DNA of 64,000 bases, from positions 1 to 64,000 of the IMG/VR virus record IMGVR_UViG_3300037467_001050. One strand, given 5' to 3'. Positions 47,166 through 56,127 of the stretch are shown piece by piece. The DNA comes from a virus. Below the pieces are notes generated by a model, which was not told where the DNA came from, made no database searches, and saw only the letters and a program-made list of their open reading frames with translations. The stretch's first letter is position 1. Every line of letters starts with the position of its first letter. A program made the position numbers and the translations under genes.

Positions 47166-47387
47166 ATGGCCACCATCAGCACCACCGTCCATAAGCTCTT
47201 CGTCTCCGACATCACCTCGATCGTCGTGACCGACATCGTCGAGCAGGAGGACGGCTCGTTCGTTCGCGCCGTGCGCTTCTATGGCGACGATGACGCCGGC
47301 AACAAGGACCAGCTCATCGTCGAGGTGAAGGTCACTGCCGCCACCAAGGCGGGCGTTCAGATCCCAGTTCCAGCCTCGGGTTTCTGA
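47166..47387 (+). CDS. Small hypothetical protein
   Basis: GAGG RBS; 73 aa. Confidence 0.65.
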   Translation: MATISTTVHKLFVSDITSIVVTDIVEQEDGSFVRAVRFYGDDDAGNKDQLIVEVKVTAATKAGVQIPVPASGF

Positions 47388-47578
47388 GGCTCATTCAATC
47401 CCCATCGCGCTCCCGGCTCATCCCCGGTTGAGCGCGATCGCGACGGCCCCAGCCTGCAGCATCCCCGGCACAAGACGGGCAGGGATACCAAAGAGCGCGC
47501 CCCCGCACCTCGCGCCGCCGTCCATCGATCGCGAACCGGCTCCAAGACCGCGTCGCGTCGGCCCATAGGCCGCCACTG

Positions 47579-47606
47579 AGCCCCGGCTTCGCGCCGGGGC
47601 TTTTTT
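47579..47606 (+). terminator. Intrinsic terminator
   Basis: AGCCCCGGC-TTCGC-GCCGGGGCT followed by T tract. Confidence 0.85.
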
Positions 47607-47626
47607 CTTGCCCAAGATCAGGCGGG

Positions 47627-48559
47627 ATGCCTGATCGTATTTCCGGGATGGAAATGGCACTTCACGCAATTGTCACCGACATCAATACTGTTCCCGAAGC
47701 ACTCCGCACCGAATACACCGAGAAGGACGGGAAGTTCTTCCTCAATGTAGAGCCGGTCGACGGGTTCAAGCTCGAGAACGTGGATGGGCTCGTCAACGCC
47801 CTGAGCGCCGAGCGCACCCTCAAGGACCGAGCCGAAGCTGCTCTCAAGCAGTTCAAGGACATCGATCCGAAGACCGCGCGCTCCGCCATCGAGGCGATCA
47901 CCGCCTACGGTGACCTCACCCCGCAGCAGGTCCAGGCCCTCCAAGAGGAGGTCGCCAATCTGCGCGCCATCGACCCGACCAAGGAAGCCGGCAAGCTCGC
48001 CGAGGCCCAGGTCAGCGCTGCGGTCGCCGCCGCCAAGGCTGAAGCCGAGCGCGTGTTCGGCACCGAGAAGACCACGCTCGCAGAGCAGCTCAACGGCCTC
48101 ACGGCGCTCAACGAGGGCCTGAAGGGTCAGCTCAAGGATCTGCTCGTCGGCAATCAGGTGAAGGCGGAAATCGCCCGCCTGAAGGTCGTGCCCGGCCTCG
48201 AGCCGGCCGCCGAGATGCTCGCCTCCCAGTCGATCCGCACGGTCGAGAAGGACAACGCCTTCCAGGTCGTGGTCATCGACAAGGACGGCAACCCGCGCAT
48301 GAAGCTCGGCGAGAACAACTCGCTCGTGCCGTTCACGGTCACGGACCTGATGGACGAGCTCAAGAAGACCACCCCCGGCCTCTTCCAGGCGGAAGACAAG
48401 GGCGGTGTTGGCATCCAGCCCGGGCGTCACGCTCCGGGCACCGGGGGCATCTCGAACCCCTGGTCGAAGGAGGCCTGGAACCAGACGGAGCAAGCCAAGC
48501 TCCGGCTCTCGAACCCCACCCTAGCCGCTCAGCTCAAGGCCCAGGCCGGCGTCTCCTGA
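47627..48559 (+). CDS. Capsid scaffolding protein (start may be 47654)
   Basis: Coiled-coil; NPWSKEAWNQTEQAKL C-terminus; precedes MCP. Confidence 0.8.
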   Translation: MPDRISGMEMALHAIVTDINTVPEALRTEYTEKDGKFFLNVEPVDGFKLENVDGLVNALSAERTLKDRAEAALKQFKDIDPKTARSAIEAITAYGDLTPQQVQALQEEVANLRAIDPTKEAGKLAEAQVSAAVAAAKAEAERVFGTEKTTLAEQLNGLTALNEGLKGQLKDLLVGNQVKAEIARLKVVPGLEPAAEMLASQSIRTVEKDNAFQVVVIDKDGNPRMKLGENNSLVPFTVTDLMDELKKTTPGLFQAEDKGGVGIQPGRHAPGTGGISNPWSKEAWNQTEQAKLRLSNPTLAAQLKAQAGVS

Positions 48560-48621
48560 TGCCGGCATGACCCTGGCTCGTGCCGGGACGAGGGTGAACC
48601 TCAACAAGAAGAAGAAAACGA

Positions 48622-49608
48622 ATGGCTATTGAGATCACCCAGCTCAAGGACATGATCGTCCCGGAGGAGTGGAACTCCTACATCGAGCTGACCACGACCC
48701 AGAAGAGCGAACTGTTCACCTCGGGCATCGTCCAGGATCTGTCGGCGGAAGTCGGCAATCAGCTGGAAGGCCCGCTGGTCCACATGCCCTACTTCGACGA
48801 CCTCGACAGTGACGACGATCACGAAGAGCAGCAGCTCGACGACGAGGACGACATCGTGGTGGACGGCATCACCACGGGCATGGACGTCGCGGTCAAGACC
48901 GCGCGCGCCAAGTCCTTCGGTTCGACCGACCTCGCCGCCGACCTCTCGGGCGCCGACCCGATCGCCGCGATCCAGAACAAGTTCGCTGGCTGGTGGGCCC
49001 GTCGGTACCAGACCGCTCTGCTCTCCGTGCTCGAGGGCGCGATGGGTTCGGTCGGTATGGAGTCCAACGTGCTCGACATCTCCGGCCTGACCGGCGATGC
49101 CGCGAAGTTCGCGCCTGTCCCCTTCGTCGAGGCCGCGTTCCTCCTGGGTGACGCCGCCGGTGGCCTGACCGCCCTGGCCGTCCACAGCCAGACGCTGAAG
49201 TCGATGGTCCTGGCCGACATGATCACGGTCGTGAAGGACTCGACCACGAACCTCGACATCCCGACGTACATGGGCAAGCGCATCATCGTCGACGACTCCA
49301 TGCCGGTCACCGGCACGGGCGTGGACCGCGTCTACACCAGCTACCTGTTCGGGCCGGGCGCCATCGGCTACGCCACCAAGCCGCTGAAGGTGCCGGTCGA
49401 GGTGGGCCGCAACGCCCTCAAGACCATGGGTCAGGACTACGTCGTCAACAGGAAGCAGTGGGTGCTCCACCCGCGCGGCATCGCCTGGAAGGGCAATGCG
49501 GTGAAGAAGTCCGGTCCGGTCAACGCCGAGCTCAAGAACCCGGCCAACTGGAACCGCGTGTACGACCACAAGCTGATCCGGCTCGTGGCGTTCAAGCACA
49601 AGAACTAA
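48622..49608 (+). CDS. Major capsid protein
   Basis: TQLKDMIVPE, SELFTSGIV, MPYFDDL, LHPRG..W, NW.RVYD.KLIRLVAFKH. Confidence 0.9.
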   Translation: MAIEITQLKDMIVPEEWNSYIELTTTQKSELFTSGIVQDLSAEVGNQLEGPLVHMPYFDDLDSDDDHEEQQLDDEDDIVVDGITTGMDVAVKTARAKSFGSTDLAADLSGADPIAAIQNKFAGWWARRYQTALLSVLEGAMGSVGMESNVLDISGLTGDAAKFAPVPFVEAAFLLGDAAGGLTALAVHSQTLKSMVLADMITVVKDSTTNLDIPTYMGKRIIVDDSMPVTGTGVDRVYTSYLFGPGAIGYATKPLKVPVEVGRNALKTMGQDYVVNRKQWVLHPRGIAWKGNAVKKSGPVNAELKNPANWNRVYDHKLIRLVAFKHKN

Positions 49609-49621
49609 CTTGCAGGAATGT

Positions 49622-49651
49622 GAACGGGGACTTCGGTCCCCGTTCCTTTTT
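49622..49651 (+). terminator. Intrinsic terminator after MCP
   Basis: GAACGGGGAC-TTCG-GTCCCCGTTC followed by TTTTT. Confidence 0.85.
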
Positions 49652-49698
49652 GCAAGCGACATCATGGCCTGCGCGCCGACATTCAGACGGAAGAATTT

Positions 49699-50079
49699 AT
49701 GTTCATGGAAAAGGGTTGGCGCGCACGCCATGCTGCCGCGATGGCGCGAAATGCAAACCGCGCCTCTAACTCCGGCGCCAGCGCCGAACTCACCGCCCTC
49801 CTGCACGAGCGCGAGCTGAAGCTCGCCGCCGCCCGTGAGGCCGAGCGGGCCGGCAAGGCCCCCGTCGGTATGACCACGGCCGCCACGATGCTCGGCGCCG
49901 ACAAGGCGCAGGAGACCGAGGCGCAGGAAGCCGCTCAGGAGGCCCAGGAGGCCGCTCCCGAGGCGCTCGCTTCCGAGACACCGGCCGAGCCAGCCGCGCC
50001 CGCTGTCGAGGCGCCTACCGCCACTGAGGCCGCCACTGCCGCCCCGGCCAAGGGTCGCGGTCGCAAGGCTCACACCTAA
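49699..50079 (+). CDS. Ala/Glu-rich hypothetical virion-module protein
   Basis: Position after MCP. Confidence 0.55.
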   Translation: MFMEKGWRARHAAAMARNANRASNSGASAELTALLHERELKLAAAREAERAGKAPVGMTTAATMLGADKAQETEAQEAAQEAQEAAPEALASETPAEPAAPAVEAPTATEAATAAPAKGRGRKAHT

Positions 50080-50094
50080 TCACCGGAGGAGACC

Positions 50095-50520
50095 GTGGCG
50101 CATTACGCGACCGAGGAGGATATTGTCGCCCTCTACGGGATGGCGCAGCTCGTCATGGTCTCCGACCGGGACAACGACCGCCAGCCCGACCCGGGCGTCG
50201 TCGATGCCGGCCTCCAAGCTGCCGACGACACGATCAACCAGTACCTGTCGTCCCAGTACACCGTGCCGATCACGCCGGTCCCCGGCTCCCTGCGCAAGCT
50301 GGCCATCGACATCGCCCTCTACACCATGGCCCTCGGGCGCGCGGTTCGCACCGAAGAGATGCGGATCCGCTACGAGGACGCCATCGCCACGCTGAAGCTG
50401 ATGGCCAAGGGCACGATCGGCATCGGCTTGCCGCCCGTCGACAGCGACGGCGACGGCACCCCGGACACCAATCCGAACCGCACCCGCAGGGGCCGCGTGA
50501 TCGACATCGGCCGCGGGTAA
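50095..50520 (+). CDS. Head-tail connector, Mu gp36/DUF1320-like
   Basis: YATEED...IN.YL...Y..P...L.....DIALY...RYEDA...LK..AKG. Confidence 0.85.
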   Translation: MAHYATEEDIVALYGMAQLVMVSDRDNDRQPDPGVVDAGLQAADDTINQYLSSQYTVPITPVPGSLRKLAIDIALYTMALGRAVRTEEMRIRYEDAIATLKLMAKGTIGIGLPPVDSDGDGTPDTNPNRTRRGRVIDIGRG

Positions 50521-50523
50521 GCC

Positions 50524-51060
50524 ATGGCCGAGCAAGGTTCGCTCCTGAAGGTCAGGATCGACACCCGGGCGCTTCAGAAGTTCAGCAACAAGATCGGCGA
50601 GCTCGCCAAGCGGCTCAACGACTACGAGCCCTTCGTCGACGACGCAGCCGCGTACATGGTCAACGTGACCAGAAACCGGATCCTGCGCTCGAAGCGAGGA
50701 CCCGACGGGGAGGCCTGGGCTCCGCTCTCCGAGCTGACCAAGGACCTGAAGGGGTCGAGCACGATCCTGTTCGACAGCGGCGAGCTGGCGCGGTCGATCT
50801 TCGACCAGAAGACGCGGCGCGGCTTCGAGATCGTGGCCGGTGCCGACTACGCCCCGTACATGCACTACGGCGTCAGGCCGGAGAAGCACGGCGGCTCGCT
50901 CCTCAACAAGGAAGGACGGCGCGTTCAACCGCGCGGCGGCATTCCTGCACGCCCATTCATGGGCCTCTCCCCCGAGAACGTCCGGCGCATCACCAAGATG
51001 CTGCGCGGGCACATCGCCGGCGAAGAAGAGGCCTCCGCCTACGGCGAGGGTTTTGAATGA
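50524..51060 (+). CDS. Virion morphogenesis/tail completion protein (Mu gpG-like)
   Basis: GPDGEAWAPLS, ILFDSGEL, YA..MHYG, IPARPFMGLS. Confidence 0.85.
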   Translation: MAEQGSLLKVRIDTRALQKFSNKIGELAKRLNDYEPFVDDAAAYMVNVTRNRILRSKRGPDGEAWAPLSELTKDLKGSSTILFDSGELARSIFDQKTRRGFEIVAGADYAPYMHYGVRPEKHGGSLLNKEGRRVQPRGGIPARPFMGLSPENVRRITKMLRGHIAGEEEASAYGEGFE

Positions 51061-51647
51061 TCGACGACATAGACGCCAACGGCGCGATCGTCGGCTACCG
51101 CACGCGCGTGGTCGAGGCGATCCGCGCTCAGTTTCCCGACTTCGTGACGGTCGACTGGTACGACGGCCTCTTCGACGAGGACGACGTGCGCCAGTGGGGC
51201 GGCGGCGCGCCGGCCTGCTACGTGGCCGTGCTGAACGTGCCGACCACGCACCACACCACGGGCGAGACCAACGGCAACGTGCGCGTCGTGTGCGCGGTCA
51301 TCACCGCAGACCGGGATTACCCGCGTCAGCACGACCCCGAGAACTACAGGTTTCTCGAAGGCATCCACACCTTCGCCAACCTCAACAAGTTCGGCGACCC
51401 GAACGCGGGCGCGGCCACCAACGGCTCGTTCAAGCGTCTGCGCCACCCGCAGATGCGCCGCGAGGGGATCGGCATCGGTGTCGTCGAGTGGGAGAGCAAC
51501 CTCACCTTCGGGGTGAACACCGCCCTGGAGCGCGACAGCATCCGCGACGAGGACGGTGCGCTGATCCCGATGCCGAAGGACATGGACGCGCAGATGCGCG
51601 ACTACCTCGGCTACAGCGAGACCTACACCTTCGATCCTGAGGAGTAG
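51057..51647 (+). CDS. Tail terminator-like protein (Mu gp37-like)
   Basis: Synteny; APACYVA motif. Confidence 0.55.
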   Translation: MIDDIDANGAIVGYRTRVVEAIRAQFPDFVTVDWYDGLFDEDDVRQWGGGAPACYVAVLNVPTTHHTTGETNGNVRVVCAVITADRDYPRQHDPENYRFLEGIHTFANLNKFGDPNAGAATNGSFKRLRHPQMRREGIGIGVVEWESNLTFGVNTALERDSIRDEDGALIPMPKDMDAQMRDYLGYSETYTFDPEE

Positions 51648-51650
51648 CCG

Positions 51651-52313
51651 ATGCGCCAGCTCCTCTCGATCCAGCGGCAGATCCAGGATCTGTTCGCGAT
51701 GGTGTTCAACCAGCGCCGGGTCGGCAAGATCACCGAGGTCAAGTTCGACCAGGAGAAGAAGCGCTGGTTCGCCAAGTTCCAGTCCGGCAAGGGCGACGAG
51801 AACGAGACCTTCAAGAGCGACTGGCGGCCGTGGAAGAGTTTTTCCAACGGCACGATCAAGATCTCGCTGCCGCCCCGCGTCGGCCAGATCGTGGCGCTGA
51901 CCGCGCTCGGCGGCCGTCCTGAGCTCGGGATCCTCGAGCCCTACCACAACGACCCGGACAACGTCTCGCCTCACGACAAGGAGGACGAGCTGTTCCTGCG
52001 CATCGAGAAGCCCTCGAAGGGCTCCGAGAGCGGCAAGACCAAGGACGAGACCCTCGACCTCCACTTCACCAAGGACGGCTCGAAGATCTCGATCGGATCG
52101 ACCCAGCACGGGCTCACCAAGGACGCCCAGTCGATCAAGACCAAGAACGACAGCATCGACACCGAGACCCACACCGCCAAGGCCTCCAAGAGCCACTCCG
52201 TCACGACCAAGGAGCATGCGGTGAAGGCGCAGAACCGGACCGTCGAGGCCGGCACCACCACCATCAAGAGCGGCACCTACAGCCTGACAGGGAAGACGCT
52301 CATCAACTGCTGA
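51651..52313 (+). CDS. Baseplate spike gpV-like
   Basis: RVGKITEV...SDWRPW...PPRVGQIV; beta-repeat C-terminus. Confidence 0.8.
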   Translation: MRQLLSIQRQIQDLFAMVFNQRRVGKITEVKFDQEKKRWFAKFQSGKGDENETFKSDWRPWKSFSNGTIKISLPPRVGQIVALTALGGRPELGILEPYHNDPDNVSPHDKEDELFLRIEKPSKGSESGKTKDETLDLHFTKDGSKISIGSTQHGLTKDAQSIKTKNDSIDTETHTAKASKSHSVTTKEHAVKAQNRTVEAGTTTIKSGTYSLTGKTLINC

Positions 52314-52322
52314 AGGAGCGTC

Positions 52323-53162
52323 ATGGCCGGGTTCATCACGTTGCCGCAAGCGATCATGTCGGTTGTGGGCGGGATCCCGGTCCAGCCCGCAGGCCCGATG
52401 ACGATCATCGAGAAGCTGCGCGCCGCCAAGAGCATGCTGCCCGGCGACATCAGCGGCATTCTCGCCAAGGTCCTCCAAGAGGGGCCGCAGGCGCTGCTGC
52501 AGAACCCGATCGCCAGCATCACGGGCCAGCTGCAGGGCCAGCTCGGCGGACTGGTCAGCCAGATCCAAGGGCTCTCCGGCATGGGCCTCGGCGGCCTGCT
52601 CTCGGCGATCTCGGGAACCGGCGGCCTCCAGTCCGCGCTCGGTAACCTGACAGGCGTGGCCAACTCCCTATCCGGTCTTGCCGGATCCGGGCCGTTCTCG
52701 TTGATCGATGCGATCGGCCACGCGAACATCGTCGGCATGCTCGGCTCGGCCATGCCGGCCAATCTGAGCATCGCCAACGCGATGGGCCCGGTCCTGATGG
52801 GCTCCGGCCTCAACTCCATGCTGGGTCAGGTCCAGGGCATCGCCTCGGCGATCACCGCCGGCACCATCGACCCCGTCGCCGCCGTCGCGCAGGTGACGGG
52901 CATGACCAGCACCATCAACGGCGTACTCGATGCCAGCGCCTACGCCTTCAGCACCGTCCAGAACGCGGTGGTCGGCATCGCCCAGACCGCCGGCCTGATC
53001 TCGCTGGTCGCGTCCGGCCCGGCCGATTTCGGTCAGATCGCCAACATGCTGATCCGCGACGAGATGAAGCCGGCCATCCAGGCCGCGATGGACGAGCAGA
53101 TCCGGCCCGTGGACACGCCCATCGACCTGGGTCTCGGCGACGACGGCGACTGGGGTGGCTGA
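52323..53162 (+). CDS. Gly/Ala-rich hypothetical baseplate-module protein
   Basis: 279 aa between gpV and gpW. Confidence 0.65.
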   Translation: MAGFITLPQAIMSVVGGIPVQPAGPMTIIEKLRAAKSMLPGDISGILAKVLQEGPQALLQNPIASITGQLQGQLGGLVSQIQGLSGMGLGGLLSAISGTGGLQSALGNLTGVANSLSGLAGSGPFSLIDAIGHANIVGMLGSAMPANLSIANAMGPVLMGSGLNSMLGQVQGIASAITAGTIDPVAAVAQVTGMTSTINGVLDASAYAFSTVQNAVVGIAQTAGLISLVASGPADFGQIANMLIRDEMKPAIQAAMDEQIRPVDTPIDLGLGDDGDWGG

Positions 53163-53520
53163 ACGAAACACCGGCCGACAGGCCCAACAAGAAGAAAACG
53201 CCATGGAACTGAAGGACTACATCACCATCGCGGTGATCCACCGGCATGGCATCCGGATCGAGCCGGGCACGCGCCTGCAGCTCTCCGACGCCGAGGTGAA
53301 GTACCAGCGCCACGCGCTGCTCGAGATCACCGACGAGGTGCCCGAGGAGCACCGCGCCGAGTTCGAGGCGCTCGAAGTGCAGGGGCTTGCCGAAGAGGCC
53401 GGCGCCGTCGAGGCGTCCGAGCCGGAGCCCGCTCCCGAGCCCGTGAAGCCGCACCGCTCCCGCAAGAAGGTCCACGAGGCCAAGGCGATCGAGGCCGCGG
53501 ATGGCGACGACCAGCACTGA
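53155..53520 (+). CDS. Hypothetical protein
   Basis: Short domain plus acidic tail; start may be 53203. Confidence 0.55.
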   Translation: MAERNTGRQAQQEENAMELKDYITIAVIHRHGIRIEPGTRLQLSDAEVKYQRHALLEITDEVPEEHRAEFEALEVQGLAEEAGAVEASEPEPAPEPVKPHRSRKKVHEAKAIEAADGDDQH

Positions 53521-53863
53521 TGAGCCGATCATCGATGTCGACCGCGACACCGGCGAGCTGATCTCGGGCTGGCCGCGCGTCCGCAAGAGCATCTTCACGA
53601 TCCTTCGCACCCGCCTGAAGACGCGCCTGATGCGTCTGTGGTGGGGCTCGGACTTCCTCGACCTGCAGGACAAGCCCGGCAACGACGAGGTGATCTTCAA
53701 GTCACTCGGCGCAGCGATCGTCGCGGTCAACGACTACGAGCCGGAATTCAAGATCACGCGCCTGATAGTCGGCGGTAACCGCGTCGCGGGCCAGACCGAC
53801 ATCACCGTGGAGGGGTCTTACAAGTTCGACGGCGTGCCCCGGAAAATCAAAGACACGATGTAG
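53501..53863 (+). CDS. Baseplate wedge gpW/gp25-like
   Basis: DRDTGELISGW..V..SI..IL.T....RLMR..WGS...YEPEF. Confidence 0.85.
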   Translation: MATTSTDEPIIDVDRDTGELISGWPRVRKSIFTILRTRLKTRLMRLWWGSDFLDLQDKPGNDEVIFKSLGAAIVAVNDYEPEFKITRLIVGGNRVAGQTDITVEGSYKFDGVPRKIKDTM

Positions 53864-53896
53864 CGCTTGCGGACACGCAAACGCCAAGGGTTTGCA

Positions 53897-54838
53897 ATGT
53901 CCTCATTCGACTACTCCTCCTACTCTGGATCGCCCGCGCTCTACATCGACTTCTCTCGCCTCCCGCCACCGAAGGTGATCGAGGAGATCGACTACGAGAA
54001 ACTCCTCGCGATCTACCAGGGTCGCGTCGTCAACAAGCTCCCTACGCTGGAGCGCGCGACCAAGCTCGAGCAATCGCCGACAAACGTCATTTTGCAGACG
54101 GAGGCCTATGGCGAGATGATGGTGCGCGCCCGCGTCAATGCGGCGGCGCGCGCGATCATGCTGCCGTTCGCCACCGGCTCGGACCTCGACGTGCTCGCAG
54201 CCTTCTATGACGAGGCGCGTCCAGCCCTCGTCGATACCCCGCGCGGGACCGTCGATGAGTACCCGGAAGACTGGCTCGATGATGCGAGCTTCCGGCGCAT
54301 CGTGCAGCTCTCACCGGAGAGCTTCTCCACCGCGGGTGCCGAAGGCGCCTACATCTATCACTGCCTGAAGGCAGATCCGGCCAACATCCTCGACGCCTCA
54401 GCCAGCCGCGTGGATCTGCGTGGCGGCGTGCGCTGCGCCCTGATGGGTCGGAACGCGAACCCGGCGGTCACGCCCGAGACGATCGCCAAGGTCCGCGAGC
54501 GCCTCAACCGCAAGAACATCAAGCCGCTGACCGACACGCCCTACGTGGTCGGCGCCAAGGTCGTGCCGGTCGAGATCGACGCCCTCGTCACACTGTTCGA
54601 CGGCCCCGACGCCGCGCTGGTGAAGGCCGACATCGTCGCGGCCTTCCAGAACCTGCGCCAGCGCGTGGCTCTGCTCGGCCGGGATCTCACCCGGGCCGCG
54701 ATCGACCGGGCACTGATGCAGGAGGGCGCCCAGAACGCCCGGATCAAGTCGCCGCTCACCGACACCGTCGTCGGCAATGATGCCTGCGTCTGGATCACCA
54801 AGGCGACCGTCAACTTCGAGACATTTCGGGCGAGCTAA
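53897..54838 (+). CDS. Baseplate J-like protein
   Basis: IDFSRLPPP..IEEIDYE, FATGSDLD, STAGAEGAY, PLTD. Confidence 0.9.
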   Translation: MSSFDYSSYSGSPALYIDFSRLPPPKVIEEIDYEKLLAIYQGRVVNKLPTLERATKLEQSPTNVILQTEAYGEMMVRARVNAAARAIMLPFATGSDLDVLAAFYDEARPALVDTPRGTVDEYPEDWLDDASFRRIVQLSPESFSTAGAEGAYIYHCLKADPANILDASASRVDLRGGVRCALMGRNANPAVTPETIAKVRERLNRKNIKPLTDTPYVVGAKVVPVEIDALVTLFDGPDAALVKADIVAAFQNLRQRVALLGRDLTRAAIDRALMQEGAQNARIKSPLTDTVVGNDACVWITKATVNFETFRAS

Positions 54839-54841
54839 GCC

Positions 54842-56050
54842 ATGACCGCACCCGTTCGTGATCTCGACCACATCCTGCCCAAGAGCGCCAGCGCCTACGA
54901 GCGCGTGCTCGGTCTGAATGTCGAACGCCTCCTGGAACTCGACACCGACCGCATCCGCAACCTGTGGAACCCGTGGACCTGTGATGCTGACGATCTGCCC
55001 TACCTCGCGTGGGCGTTGTCGGTCGACGTTTGGGACACACGCTGGCCGCTGACCAAGAAGCGCTCGGTCGTCGCCAACGCCTTGAAGCATCACCGCATCA
55101 AGGGCACGCAGGCCGGCATCGAGACTTATCTCGGTCTCGTCGACACCAAGGTCGTCCAGACCATCACGCCGGGTGTGAAGCTGTTCTCCGGGCCGTCGCT
55201 CACGCGCGAGCAGCGCGAGGCATGGCTCTCGAAGCTGCCGCAGATCCGGATCTACCGAGCCTACAGCCGCGGCACTCCGGGGTCGCGCCTGTTCTCGGGT
55301 GGACAGCTCCAGAGCCGGTTTCGCGAGGGACGCTTTCCGCAACCCTCAGAGGCCGCCAAGCGGCTGCGACCGCGCGTCGACTGGGTGGTCAACGACGCTG
55401 CCACCGACGCCACGGTGCTGCCCCTGGACGTCAACACATACCAGATCTTCATCAACACCAAGGATCAGGGTTCGATCTTCTCGAACCAGTCCCCGAAGCG
55501 GAAGCGGTTCTTCCTGCCATCGAAGGCCGCGAAGCGGATCCTGACGGTCACGCCGGTATCGACGTCACCGTGGCGCACAGCGATCGGTCCGACGCTGACC
55601 CCGATCTCGTCGGAGCCCGAGCTCGTCGCCCAGCGACACCAGGCCGGACCCGGCGTCTTCACCGGAACCCGACCGAAGAAGCACATCCTCGTGCCCTCGC
55701 GCGCCCGCTTCCACCTGTACCAGCGGTTCGCTGTCGATGACGGATCGGCGCCGGCTAAGCGCCCGTCGATCCGGTTCTCAGGTGTTGGTCGCTACGGCTA
55801 CCCGGGTCACAAGGCCGAGTTGACCTTGCAGCTGCGGGCTCCGATCGACACGCGCAAGGCGCGCATCGGCGGCCAACCGACCGCGGCTCAGCGCTTCCTG
55901 ATGCCTCACAACGGCGAGCCGTTACGGCGCGCCAAGGCGGCCATCGTCGCCTCCAAGAGGCTCTCGGACAAGATCGTCGTCCGCACCGACACCTCGCGCG
56001 GGATCACCGCCGGCCTGCCTTTCTACGCCGGCGACACGTACCTCGCCTGA
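54842..56050 (+). CDS. Phage tail protein I (P2 gpI-like)
   Basis: LWNPWTC....LPYLAWALSVDVWD, HRIKGT..GI. Confidence 0.9.
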   Translation: MTAPVRDLDHILPKSASAYERVLGLNVERLLELDTDRIRNLWNPWTCDADDLPYLAWALSVDVWDTRWPLTKKRSVVANALKHHRIKGTQAGIETYLGLVDTKVVQTITPGVKLFSGPSLTREQREAWLSKLPQIRIYRAYSRGTPGSRLFSGGQLQSRFREGRFPQPSEAAKRLRPRVDWVVNDAATDATVLPLDVNTYQIFINTKDQGSIFSNQSPKRKRFFLPSKAAKRILTVTPVSTSPWRTAIGPTLTPISSEPELVAQRHQAGPGVFTGTRPKKHILVPSRARFHLYQRFAVDDGSAPAKRPSIRFSGVGRYGYPGHKAELTLQLRAPIDTRKARIGGQPTAAQRFLMPHNGEPLRRAKAAIVASKRLSDKIVVRTDTSRGITAGLPFYAGDTYLA

Positions 56051-56127
56051 TCCATCCGTTCACCGCCAACCACCGACCCGGGGATCCAACCCCGGGCGGT
56101 CGCGCATGCGTGCGCCTAGAGGAACCC

